DNA of 64,000 nucleotides, taken from Podarcis cretensis (Eukaryota). The notes beneath the pieces are model-generated. The model did no database searches, had not been told where the DNA came from, and worked only from the letters and a program-made list of their open reading frames with translations. A program made the translations under genes and the position numbers. This document shows, in pieces, positions 11,363-22,688 of this stretch; position 1 is the stretch's first letter, and each line of letters begins with the position of its first letter. The stretch is from assembly GCA_951804945.1 (NCBI GenBank), contig OX638155.1:47740001-47804000 (forward strand), read 5' to 3'.

Positions 11363-11492
11363 AATGAAGTAAGGATAACTTTGAATGTGGAGAAATCAAA
11401 CCTCCGTTTATTTCGTGTTATCTTGAGGTATATTAATCCTGGAACTGCTGCGGTATCTGGCCACATAATCGCTTATTCTCGTCTTCGTAAAG
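11363..11492 (+). CDS. LAMA3: LAMA3 exon ~20 (20b, canonical; NEVRITLNVEKSNLRLFRVILRYINPGTAAVSGHIIAYSRLRK)
   Basis: ttacag|AAT...AAAG|gtaggt, 130 nt, phase 0->1; matches recalled human NDVRITLNVGKS..LFRVILRYVNPG. Confidence 0.93.
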
Positions 11493-12834
11493 GTAGGTAG
11501 AGCAAAATGGCGGTGGAACTCAGCAGGTAGTTGCAAAGTGTCTTCATGCACTGAATTCAATTGACCTAAAAGCTTCTTTTATGCCATGCCCACCTGCCCA
11601 CCCTACATGTTGTCTGGTGTGGGGTGAGTAAAGGCGGGGCTTCAAAGGAGCAAGCAGGAGCTTAAAGTGGGCTCCTTGTTGTTCCTTCGTTGGAACAAGG
11701 CACACTCTTGCCTGCCCATCAGCTGATGGGTGCTTGGAAGGTGCCTTGCTCAAGGAGGGCGTAGCGCTTCCCCCTCCCATTGCTGCTCTTTGAAGTAGCC
11801 GCTTTTCAACTTCTGAAATTGGAAATTGAAGGGAACATCGTAGGGAGGCTTGCAAAGGGCTCCGTTTGGTTGAGCATACCTGGTCCCTCCTTTTGGAAGC
11901 TCTGGACGCACATAGGCAGCTGATGCTTCTGAAAAGCACTCCCACGCCTTGCCTGTCAGGTGATCAGAGGGGACAAAACCAGCAGTCTTTTCAGGGCTAT
12001 CAGAGAGCCCCCCCCCCCAGTGATGCTTGAGCTTCCAGAGGGTTTCAGCTACAAGTCTGTCAAATAGCACTGCCCTTTGAAATCCTGATTATTTGGGATA
12101 TCAAAGCACAGCATCACCTGGCATCAAAGGGACATCAGGTGATAGGCAAGCGGGAGGCCCTGCCCAACTAGCAAGTTTGGCCTGGCTAGAAAAGGACACC
12201 CACCCCTGATTTACATCAGTCTCGTTTGGTATCTTCTGCACTCACCTATTGCATGTTTGTTAGGTCTGCTATGTGCCGGGGGGCAGGTTAGTTGTAGTAG
12301 TAATAATATACTTTATGTGTGCACATAAGCATGCATGTGTCATACATTGGAAGACTGTGTTTCAAATTTTAAAAATAAATTTATTTGATCAAGACATCTG
12401 AGAACACAGATTAGCAACATTGTAAAGGTAGAAGAACTTCAGAGAGAAATTCATTGCTCCTATATCCCATCTTGTCAGAGAATCTTCCTCACGATGCTAT
12501 TGGGCCATGGCCCTGATTTTTTTAAAAAAAATTACTGAATGCCTGGTTACAGAAGAGACATATGTGGTGGCAGAAATTTCCAGCCTAGAAATTAGTGCCA
12601 AACAGATTGCTCAGCCCTAGATTTGAAGAGTGTCAGGCTGAAGTAAAGGAAAGAGTTACTGCCCTGACAACTCAAGGGCTATGACTGTTCCTCATTTTTC
12701 ATTTGCTTCAAGATCTGTACTGAGTAAAGAATTACTAGCTTGGTCATCTTAAAACAAATGATCAGACAAACCCTAACTTTGGTAATTAAGCAATTTCAGC
12801 TGCTGGTTGTTGCAACAGGAAAAAGACAGTTATT

Positions 12835-13179
12835 AAAAGGTAAAGGGACCCCTGACCATTAGGTCCATTTGTGGCCGACTCTGGGGTTGCGGCACTCGTC
12901 TCGCTTTATTGGCCGAGGGAGCCGGCGTACAGCTTCTGGGTCATGTGGCCAGCATGACTAAGCCGCTTCTGGAGAACCAGAGCAGTGCATGGAAATGCCG
13001 TTTACCTTCCCGCCAGAGCGGTACCTATTCATCTACTTGCACTTTGATGTGCTTTCAAACTGCTAGGTTGGCAGGAGCAAGGACGGAGCAATGGGAGCTC
13101 ACCCCGTTGCGGGGATTCGAACCGCTGACCTTCTGATCAGCAAGCCCTTGGCTCTGTGATTTAGACCACAGCACCACCC
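12835..13179 (-). mobile_element. Sauria SINE
   Basis: AAAGGTAAAGGGACCCCTGACC tail (reverse); 15-bp TSD AAAAAGACAGTTATT (12820-12834 and 13185-13199). Confidence 0.9.
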
Positions 13180-13690
13180 TTAGTAAAAAGACAGTTATTG
13201 TAGCAACAGTAAAAATACAAAAAGCAGAAGATAGAAAATCAATTTAAATCCTGGGCAATCTTTTTTTTTTTTTTTTTAAGTCTAAAATGTGGTTCTCTGG
13301 AAAACCCAATCAGGTGGCGGCATGTAAATAATAGTAATTATTATTATGAAAGCCTACAGAGTGGCAGGGATATTTAGAGAAGGACCTTTGGTGCTAGACG
13401 TAAAAACAGGTACCAGTAGGTTCCTTAAAATAAATATAAACCAACATTCATTGAAAATGTTAGCTTATTAATAGCTTGCTTGCCACTTTTAGTTCTTCTG
13501 ACAGATATTTCCCGGGGTGGTTTCATGGAGGGCAGCCTGTTACAGAATGTGGATCACATATATCGTGGGATTTGGCTGCATCTTAATCTCATGTGGTAAC
13601 CTTTAATGGATTTATTATGGCATAAGCCTTCGTGAGCTACAGTCCCTTTTATCAGACACATGAAGTGTTGTCTTGAGTTGCAGGTACATA

Positions 13691-13932
13691 CAGTGGTACC
13701 TCTGGTTATGTACTTAATTCGTTCCTGAGGTCCGTTCTTAACCTGAAACTGTTCTTAACCTGAAGCACCACTTTAGCTAATGGTGCCTCCCGCTGCCGCC
13801 GCGCCACTGGAGCACGATTTCTGTTCTCATCCTGAAGCAAAGTTCTTAACCCGAGGTACTATTTCTGGGTTAGTGGAATCTGTAACCTGAAGCGTATGTA
13901 ACCTGAATTGTATGTAACCCGAGGTACCACTG
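13691..13932. mobile_element. Tc1/mariner-pogo-type MITE
   Basis: TA TSD, TIRs CAGTGGTACCTC / GAGGTACCACTG. Confidence 0.85.
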
Positions 13933-14078
13933 TACATGGTTGGGTGGGCAGGGGGATGCACCTGCTCTTTCAGTTTGCTGCTTATCTCATTTTAATTAAT
14001 AAAAATGTTGGTTTCTGAGTCATCAGGGAGTGTGTGTGTTTTTTAAATTATTATTATTATTTTCTTGTTTGTTGGCAG

Positions 14079-14221
14079 GGACTCCTCAGAGCAAAGATGT
14101 TGTCTTCCCACCCAGTAAAGAACCTGCTTTTGTCACTGTCCCAGGGAAGAGCTTTGCAGATGCATTTTCACTGACTCCTGGAACCTGGATTTTTAAAATC
14201 ATGGCAGAGGGAGTCCTTTTG
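14079..14221 (+). CDS. LAMA3: LAMA3 exon ~21 (TPQSKDVVFPPSKEPAFVTVPG...AEGVLL)
   Basis: gcag|GG...TTG|gtaaga, 143 nt, phase 1->0. Confidence 0.94.
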
Positions 14222-14914
14222 GTAAGATGTTTGCTATAATTACGAGGGGGAAGAATGCTAGTGCAGTATAGTTGAACAGAGTTCTCATATATAGCAAAAA
14301 AAGGGGAAAGGGGCGTGGAAGGCTATCACAGATATTATATTTTGCAACTTGTGTTCCCCTTCCCCTTGCTTGGGTCTGAAAACCCCAGTTGGTGAAGTGG
14401 AGTTTACTGTCAGTTGGTTGTGCCTGGAGTCCTGAGGCAGAGCTCCTCTTAAGAGTTTATGTGTGTTGTGTGAGGTTGGACTGTTTTGTGCGAAATGGTC
14501 TCCTTCTGTGCAGAGTGCCCTTTCTCTTCTCTGCCCCCCCCATCAGACTTCCCCCTTTTGACTTCCCCCTCTCAGTGTGCACAACATGAGGTCAGAGAAA
14601 TATAGCCTCATGAGCTGTGCCTAGTTATTGGACCGGTAGTCTCTCTGTGCTCGGCTTGTGTGCTGTGATTGTGTGCTGAATCATACCATATTCTGTGCCA
14701 GAGTGGGCAGAGGGACTGCTTTCAGTTCTATTGTCCAGGTCTGGGGTTAGTGTAAAATGATGCTGTCAGCAGCATGACTGTGGTCTGAGTGAGTATAGGA
14801 TTTGGGACAAGTGTACCCCTCACATGTACAACTCTAACCTGTCCCCATCTCCCCCTAGTCCATTGTCATATAATTGCTGATGGAATGGTGCCACATATTA
14901 TTAGAGGATCATTA

Positions 14915-15269
14915 CAGTGGTGCCCCGCAAGACGAACGCCTCGCAAGACGGAAAACCCGCTAGACGAAAGGGTTTTCCGTTTTGGAGGCGCTTCGCAAAA
15001 CGAATTTCCCTATGGGCTTGCTTCGCAAGACGAAAATGTCTTGCGAGTTCCTGCGGGGTTTTTCCCCTCCCCCCCTCTTTTCCTAAGCCCTAAGCCGCTT
15101 AACAGCTGATCCACTGAAAAGCCGCTTATCAGCTGATCCGCTAAAAGCCGCTAAACCGCTAATAGCGCTAATCCGCTAAGCTGTCAATGGGCTTGCTTCG
15201 CAAGACGAAAAAACCGCTATACGAAGAGCCTCACGGAACGGATTAATTTCGTCTTGCGAGGCACCACTG
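14915..15269. mobile_element. Tc1/mariner-pogo-type MITE (family copy 2), nested in L1
   Basis: TA TSD, same TIRs and interior as 800-1148. Confidence 0.88.
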
Positions 15270-15440
15270 TATATGAGGTGTGGGAGAAAAATAAAAAAAA
15301 ACTATTGGAAAGGAAAACACCCTGGTGGTTATCACCGATCGATATCTTAACAACTAAAAAAAGCAAACATGGAGGGGGAAAGATTGACTTACGAAGATTT
15401 ATTGATAAGAACAGAAAACGGATGGAAAATGAGAGCATTC

Positions 15441-15612
15441 ATAGAATCATAGAATCATAGAGTTGGAAGAGACCACAAGGACCATCGAGTCCAACCCCCT
15501 GCCAAGCAGGAAACACCATCAGAGCACTCCTGACATATGGTTGTCAAGCCTCTGCTTAAAGACCTCCAAAGAAGGAGACTCCACCACACTCCTTGGCAGC
15601 AAATTCCACTGC
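15441..15612 (-). mobile_element. CR1 3'-end fragment nested in L1
   Basis: (CATAGAAT)n tail in reverse, GAGTTGGAAGAGACC...TCCAACCCCCTGCC; flanked by CATTC repeats. Confidence 0.8.
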
Positions 15613-16994
15613 CATTCGAAGAGTTAAAAGATAGATTAACAGGCTGGTTGCAATTTCATCAAATAAACACATTATGGAAAGAAGATAAAAAGATAGGGAT
15701 GAATGATAAAAAATCTAAATTTCAGACAGAAATATTAGAAGGTAAAACTAAGCTATTATCTGAAATGTATAACTTTTTGTTAGAGTGGGATACCAAAGAT
15801 GAAGAGATAAAAGAGGTAATGGTAAAATGGGCAATGGATCTGGGATACAATATAGAATATGATAATTGGGTGGAATTATGGAACAGAGGAATGAAATTCA
15901 CGGCCTGTGTCACGCTCAGAGAAAATTTGGAAAAAATGATGTATAGGTGGTACATCACACCGATGAAATTAGAAAAAATGTATAAAACCGGTAACAAAGC
16001 CTGCTGGAAATGCAAAATTAAAGAAGGAAATTTTTACCACATGTGGTGGGCTTGTGAAGAAATAAAAAAGTTTTGGGAACTCATATATAATGAATTAAAA
16101 AAAATATTTAGATACACTTTTTCTAAAAAACCGGAAGCCTTCCTATTGGGAATAATTGGGGATGAAATTAAAAAAGAGAATCAGACACTATTCCAATATG
16201 TAACAGTGGCTGCCAGGATACTAATAGCACAAAAATGGAAGAGTCCAGACATCCCAACTGTTAGATTGGCAAATAAAATTATTTGAATATGTGGAACTAG
16301 CAAAAATGACGCAAAAAATTAGACACCAAAAAGGTACAAAGTTTATTAGCGATTGGAGTAAATTTATAACATACATTGAAGGAAATTTTAGAAGTTTAAA
16401 ACCCACAGCAGGTCTAACATAAATCTTACGATGCGTAAACTATTAATTAATGAAACTGCAAAAAAAAGAAGTTTCTACCAAGTAGCCCGAAATCGGGAGG
16501 GAAGGAGGTCAACATGTACATATAGGAGGGATACAAATAAGATGATGAAGGATTGCAATGGAAATTTATGTTATTTTTCTTTGTTTGTTTTGACTTTTGA
16601 TGTTTGTTTGCTTATTTTTGATTTCTCAAATGAAAATTAATAAAAAAGAATTAAAAAAAAAGAAAAAAAGAAAAATATCATACAAATCCATTGGACATGT
16701 GGCACCATAGATCAAGATCCACTATTGTTTCCTGGCTTCTGCCACTTCTTAAAATCCCTCAGCTAGACGATCTTGAGTACAGGACTGTGTCCTTGGGGAG
16801 CAATCCTATACACATTTACATAGGAATAAGTCAAAATAACTGGGGGCTTATATCTGAATACATGGGCTTGCATTGTTAAATCTTCTGTGGAAACAGGAGC
16901 CCACTCTGTTTGCAACTTATGCTGAAATTTTCACATAATCATTTTCTATGTGCTTAATAAATATGCTTATGTTAATATTGTTTTGTCCTGTTAG

Positions 16995-17095
16995 GATTAC
17001 CTGGTGCTCTTGCCTAGCGACTACTATGAAGCCCCCATCCTGCAGTTACCAGTTACAGAGGCTTGCACATATTCAGGACAGGCAGTGACAGATAA
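16995..17095 (+). CDS. LAMA3: LAMA3 exon ~22 ([33 protein letters not shown])
   Basis: ttag|GAT...AA|gttagt, 101 nt, phase 0->2. Confidence 0.92.
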
Positions 17096-17181
17096 GTTAG
17101 TGCACCTATTATATTATTGAGACCATTGCCTTGGGTTGTTTTATTTGATTTTAATGGTGTCTCTTCCTCCTTTTTAAAAAG

Positions 17182-17335
17182 TTGTTTACAGTATGAGCAC
17201 CTCCCACTGGACAGATTTTGCTGTGTGCTTGGTTCAGAAGTCAGAGTTTCCTTGAACAGAAGAGAGTACAGGAAGGTAGCTTCCCACCAGCCAACAGCCA
17301 AACATCCCATAATGTCTCATATCACTGGTCAAGAG
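17182..17335 (+). CDS. LAMA3: LAMA3 exon ~23 (CLQYEHLPLDRF...QPTAKHPIMSHITGQE)
   Basis: aaag|T...GAG|gtaaga, 154 nt, phase 2->0; 86-nt upstream intron. Confidence 0.9.
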
Positions 17336-17404
17336 GTAAGATGGCTCTGTTTGTGTGTAAATCTGCCATCATATGTGTCAATTTTGTACATTCTATTTCC
17401 ACAT

Positions 17405-17753
17405 GGGTGGCGCTGTGGTCTAAACCACTGAGCCTTGGGCTTGCCAGTCGGTTCGAATCCCCACGATGGGGTGGGCTCCCATTGCTCGGTCCCTGCTCCT
17501 GCCAACCTAGTAGTTTGAAAGCATGTCAAAGTGCAAGTAGATAAATAGGTACAACTCGGGCGGGAAGGTAAACGGCGTTTCCGTGCGCTGCTCTGGTTTC
17601 ACCAGAAGCGGCTTAGTCATGCTGGCCACATGACCCGGAAAAACTCTGCAGACAATCGTCGGCTCCCTCAGCCAGTAAAGCCAGATGAGTGCCACAACCC
17701 CAGAGTTGTTCATGACTGGACTTAACTGTCAGTGGTCCTTTACCTTTACCTTT
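17405..17753 (+). mobile_element. Sauria SINE
   Basis: GGGTGGCGCTGTGG head, (ACCTTT)n tail; homologous to 3481-3849. Confidence 0.88.
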
Positions 17754-18007
17754 AGTTCCATGCATCCCCTGCAGTATTACTGTGTGACTTACTCAAGGGG
17801 CAATCATTCTGGTGGGCAGAGTAAGGAAGGCTTTTTCTGTAGGAAAGGCTTTGGCGGGTTTGGGATTTGGCGTTCAGGAATTATGTAGCTCTCCTTTTGC
17901 TTTCTTGAAACTCTTGCATGCTTGAGAAAAGCGTTTCCTGGGAAATGGATGGCATCCCCTGCAATCCTTATTTTGGTAGTAGTCAAATGTGGTTTGAATT
18001 TTCTTAG

Positions 18008-18168
18008 GTGGATCTGCAGATAAGGCTGACAGTTCCCCAAGTTGGCCGCTACGTGGTAGTCCTTGAGTATGCTAATGAACATGATCGAGTATATGTTGGC
18101 AATGTGAAGATTGACACCCCTGGGAATGTGATGGAGGCAAAAATCAATATATATAGCTGCAAATACAG
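18008..18168 (+). CDS. LAMA3: LAMA3 exon ~24 (VDLQIRLTVPQVGRYVVVLEY...NIYSCKY)
   Basis: ttag|GTG...AG|gtgggg, 161 nt, phase 0->2. Confidence 0.93.
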
Positions 18169-18300
18169 GTGGGGAAATGTGGAAACTTAATTATCCATTT
18201 GGGTTGAGTATCTGTTTTGTCTTTCTTTTTAAACTTGCTTACATATGCCTACTGTGTACTCATTCTGAATACTGTTTTAAAATAAATGGGAATTGAGTAG

Positions 18301-18477
18301 GGGAAGCACCACAGCTTGGCAATAGGGCATGTGCTTTGCAGGTTCCTGGTGTCTCCTGGCAAAACTGGGAAAGACTCTTGCCTATAACCCTAGAGGGCTG
18401 CTGCCAGTCAGTGTTGACAATACTGAGCTGGATAGAATAGTGGTGTGACTCATTAGAAGGCAAATTTCTATGTTCTT
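18301..18477 (+). mobile_element. Old tRNA-derived SINE (Squam2-like)
   Basis: Similar to 19575-19755 (GCTGCCAGTCAGTGTTGACAATACTGAGCT core). Confidence 0.55.
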
Positions 18478-18872
18478 GTGCTCTATGCTTGATCTAATGA
18501 CAATGATATTATAGTGTATGGATTGGGCGGCGGGTGGGTGTCTCCATCTAAAGAAAACAGAATAATCTGAGGGAGTCAAATACTGATGTAAATAGATTTT
18601 AAAATAATTTTCATTGCATTAATCCATAGAGAGAACTTAATTCTTTAATTCCAAACATAATTCCCTGTTTTGGATTGTATTGATTATCCCGGATCATTCC
18701 TTATTTTCCAATCAACATGATTTAAAATAGCCAGATATAAATGGTACAATCCTGATAAATAACTCACTGTTTCTTGGCTTTGGAGGAAATAAGCAAACGG
18801 TAGAAGAAGAATACTCTTTTGGGGTGGAAGAGTTCCAGTATGGTTTTTAACTACTTTTGAAATCTATTCCAG

Positions 18873-18981
18873 CTTTCTATGCCGCAGTGTTGTGCTTGAT
18901 GAAATGCACCGAGTTGCAGTTTATGACCTTCTGGCTGATGCAAACTTCCATCTCAGGGCTTCAGCAATAGATTTTCTCCTA
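18873..18981 (+). CDS. LAMA3: LAMA3 exon ~25 (FLCRSVVLDEMHRVAVYDLLADANFHLRASAIDFLL)
   Basis: ccag|C...CTA|gtaagt, 109 nt, phase 2->0. Confidence 0.93.
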
Positions 18982-19574
18982 GTAAGTTTCAGTTCTGTGA
19001 TATTTTTCCTGTCAGGTGGGCTACTCTGGGGTCTCTAATAGGGGATCTCTTGCCACCTGGATCCATTGTGAGTCCCTGTCAGGAAAAAAAGTGGGGTATA
19101 AATAAATAAATAACAATGACCACAACAATAATCCATTATTATCAATGTCCTGCCAGCCACTGTGATGCAGGCTTTCACATATTTTGGTTTCAAATGATCA
19201 CAGTGATTGTGCGGTTCCATAGTACCCCCCACAAAAATGTGTGCGTATGTGTCTTTTTCAACCCTTCCCAACTGCAAAGCAAAGGGACTGGCTATGAAGA
19301 TAGATTTGTGAGTAAATTGGTTTAAAAGTTTCATTATAAGATCTTTGCTGCCACCTTTTGGATACTTAAATATTTCCTCACTTATCCCCTTGCGCCTTCT
19401 GCTTTCAAAACAATGCATTGCCTAGCATGCATATGGAGAACCCTGGGATAAAAACCAGAATAGAATGCGGCTCCTTGGTGGTTGCATTCAGAAGGAGTTG
19501 AACTTTTGCTTGTTGCAAGGTACTGTGGACAGTCATACAGAATACTCCTTAAAAAAATAAATAGTGGCTGAATA

Positions 19575-19755
19575 GGGGGAGGGCCATAGCTCAGTAACAG
19601 AGCTCCGTGTTTTGCATTCAAAAGGTTCCAGGTCCCTGGCATCTCCAGGCAGAGCTGGGAAATATTCCTGCCTGTAACCCTATAGAGTCACTGCCAAACA
19701 GAGTTGACAATGCTAAGTTAGATGGACCAAGGGCCTGACAGATTCATATGTTCCT
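19575..19755 (+). mobile_element. Old tRNA-derived SINE (Squam2-like)
   Basis: GGGCCATAGCTCAGT tRNA-like head; CTGGCATCTCCAGG. Confidence 0.6.
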
Positions 19756-21051
19756 GTTAGTTAAGTTACCCAGAATTGGAAAGGAAGTGCACCCAGATCC
19801 TGTTGGCCAGGGGATTCCCCCACCCCTTTTTAAAATTTCTCTTGAGTTAATTTCTTGGTTCACTGGTTAGTCAGTGAGATTGTTTTGCTGTTCTGTTTCT
19901 TGAATCTTTATTAGACATTTGGTTTATTTATTATTTGTTTGTTTTTAACTGTTTCTGCACTTCTGTTTCATATGATATCTCTCACAGCTTTACAAAGTTA
20001 GAAGCAATGTATAGAAAGTCCCTTAATGAAATCTAACTAAATAACAGAACGGAAAAATTCGTGGAATAAAATGGCAGTACAATATCTGAAATATGAGCAG
20101 ACAGTACAAAACACAGGGCAATAGCCGTTTGTTCTCAGGAATTCTCAAAGGCTTTATTAAAAAAAAAAAAAAAACTGCCTCTGGGAAAGCAGCAAAGAAA
20201 GTTCCACAGGATCTCTCAGTTCCACAGGACTGGGGCTGTTACTATTCCCAAGGGAGGCTAATTTAAGTTCACCGTAAGATGGATTCTGGAGCTATCAGAA
20301 GAGGTCAGCTTTTGTTTCTGAGCCTTTAGCTGCAGTCCTTGCCTTCCACGCATTTATTCAACTTGTCTTTATGAGAGCCTGTGCAGGATACATGGATAGG
20401 ATACATGGCCGTCTAATAGGTACACATTGTGTGTTTTCAGACATTTTTCTGAATTCATCAGGATTAGAACTGTGCTTCTTCAAAAATAAGTTGAGGTTTT
20501 CAATGTGCCAAATTCTGGGATACAGTCCACATTTTGTAGTTGCACGGGAATACTATCAGCTTTGAATAAATGGAGTTGGAATGAATAATCTTACTGTAGT
20601 TGAACAGTAAAAGTAGGCTGAATGCTTATTTTTTGCTTCTATTCTTAGTAAAGACCAATGAGCAGTTCAAGGCACTGCTGTGTGACTCACTGTCAAAAGC
20701 GTACACTTCTAATCCCATATAATGGTAGAGTAGCAGCTCTTGGCCAACCACATTGTCCTCATGGCTTCTCACAAATCCTTCTAATGAAGGCAAGAGATTG
20801 TAGAAGGCCCTGTGGTCATGGAAAGGGGTTTTCAGCTCCCTTTCCTTGGCAGGATCCTGCAGCTTACAAGCCTTCCATTCACAGGTCTCTACATACTGCA
20901 CTGCCTCTTTGCTAAACTGAATTGCTTCCTTCCTTTCTTTAACAGCACAAATGGTGTGCTGTTTTCACATATTGTAGCTGCCTTGTTCACATGCTGCTCT
21001 TAGCTGGAAGAAGAAAATAACAGAACCTTCATTGTCGTCTTTGTTTCCTAG

Positions 21052-21149
21052 CATAAAGTTTGCCTTATTCCTCTGGAAGATTTTTCTATAGAGTACTTGG
21101 AACCTAAAGTATATTGCATTGCCACTTCTGGCCATTCAGCTGATCCAAG
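21052..21149 (+). CDS. LAMA3: LAMA3 exon ~26 (HKVCLIPLEDFSIEYLEPKVYCIATSGHSADP)
   Basis: ctag|CAT...AG|gtaaac, 98 nt, phase 0->2. Confidence 0.93.
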
Positions 21150-21943
21150 GTAAACTGCTTCCTTCCCTTTTGCTTCCATCAAAAGAAAGTTTAAGGCTCT
21201 CTCTGACCTGGGAATAACTGCAGTACCCATCATACAGCAAGGCTGCCGCTACTCTGTGTATTCTGAAATAAGAATAATTTGATCTCAGTCGTGCTTTCTT
21301 CTTAGCAGAGATATGCAAGGCTTTGCCCAGAGCTGTGCACACACTCTTGAGAAATTTCGCTTGTCTGAATTATTTTAGCTTCTTTGCAAACTCTGACAAA
21401 TGTTCCATCTCAGGACATTTGAAACAGTCACACACCAGCATTTTTAATTGTTATACCACAACAATGTACATTTTGTTTGTGTATTTCATTATTTCGGTGG
21501 GTTGTAAACATACCGTCCAACATGTTGAATCCTAAAACTGGGATGTGCATCTTCTCAGCCGTGCTCATGCGTGAATCATGTGACCTGCGCAAGATAAAGG
21601 AGCCCAAAAGACATGCTTTCTTCTGGGCTGTGCTCTTGCACAACAGCAGATGCCCCAAAACATGTATTTTGGAGCACTGTGCGAGGTCGTGCACCCCCCC
21701 CAAAGTGTTTTTTGGGTTGAGATCTCTGCACGAAGTCACGCCACCCAAAATGGCCACTATGCTCTCATGGGGAAAAGTTGGGATGTCCTGGTTTTTCCGG
21801 GACACTTACAGGGTATGTTGTAAATACAGTAATGTAAAAAGGCAGCAAGCAATTTTAAAATGAAATGTATAGGTTTCACATTTATTTGAATTCACTTTTC
21901 TGTGTATACATGTATATGTTCTGATTCTGTTTCCCTTTTAAAG

Positions 21944-22115
21944 TGCTTCTTGCCTCCCCTCGCAATATGAAACGCCTCCTTCAGCCGTGGTCTTGGATGC
22001 TCTGAGGGATGGGCAGGTTGCAGAAGTGCAAAGAAATGTGATATACCAGGAGCCACTGAGTTCTCCTTTGCCATCTGCTCATACAGCTAAGGGAGTAACT
22101 TTGACTTCTTCACAG
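21944..22115 (+). CDS. LAMA3: LAMA3 exon ~27 (ASCLPSQYETPPSAVVLD...GVTLTSSQ)
   Basis: aaag|T...CAG|gtattt, 172 nt, phase 2->0. Confidence 0.9.
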
Positions 22116-22452
22116 GTATTTAACATTTTGAACTAAATGCGGGTCATAGTCCAGCACAGACTTGGCTGTGTTTATGTCAATTGATTTGTAGAAGTTAATA
22201 TCATCTGGCATGCAGCCGAACTCTTGCAGAACTGTAAGAGTTTCTCTTAAATGATTTACAATACGTTGGCCTCTTACAGAGCTTTTGCTCTGACATTAAA
22301 TTCCACTACAGGTCTGGGCAAAAAGCTGGTGCAGAAAGAAAGAAGTAGTTCTTGAAGTCACTAGATGTGCCTCTCTTTTCCTCTAAGGACAGTCCCTACT
22401 GCAGCTTTCTAGGTCCAAGCAGGATGAGAATTTAAACAAGAGATTTCTAGCA

Positions 22453-22508
<56 letters not shown>

Positions 22509-22523
22509 ATCTATCTATCTATC
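22453..22523. repeat. (TATC)n microsatellite
   Basis: Direct inspection. Confidence 0.95.
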
Positions 22524-22688
22524 CTGTACATAAACTTAACCTTCTTTTTTATATAGGATACCTCCCCACACTTTCAGTTGTGCTAAATTGAATAACCAGT
22601 AGTGTGCAAGGATGGTGCTTAGACATTGCCACACTTTGACTATAAATAGGATGAAGCTCAAAACACAAAACTTTTTTTATGTTGACAG

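Larger units (their letters stand above)
14892..16675 (+). mobile_element. 5'-truncated L1-clade LINE (ORF2 C-terminus, 3' UTR, poly-A) interrupted by a MITE and a CR1 fragment
   Basis: ORF 15537-16286 contains the L1 cysteine-rich motif CWKCKIKEGNFYHMWWAC; AATAAA at 16639 and A-rich tail; 5' boundary approximate. Confidence 0.85.

Noticed and set aside
10422-12337. TGCATG (RBFOX) motifs at 10422, 10695 and 12332 as regulators of exons 20a/20b
   Set aside because: A hexamer occurs often by chance and these are 300-850 nt from the exons; not supportable without conservation data.
15537-16286. 249-aa ORF as a novel nested gene
   Set aside because: It is a chimera of reverse CR1 sequence (start) and the L1 ORF2 C-terminus with its cysteine-rich motif; no promoter or splice support.
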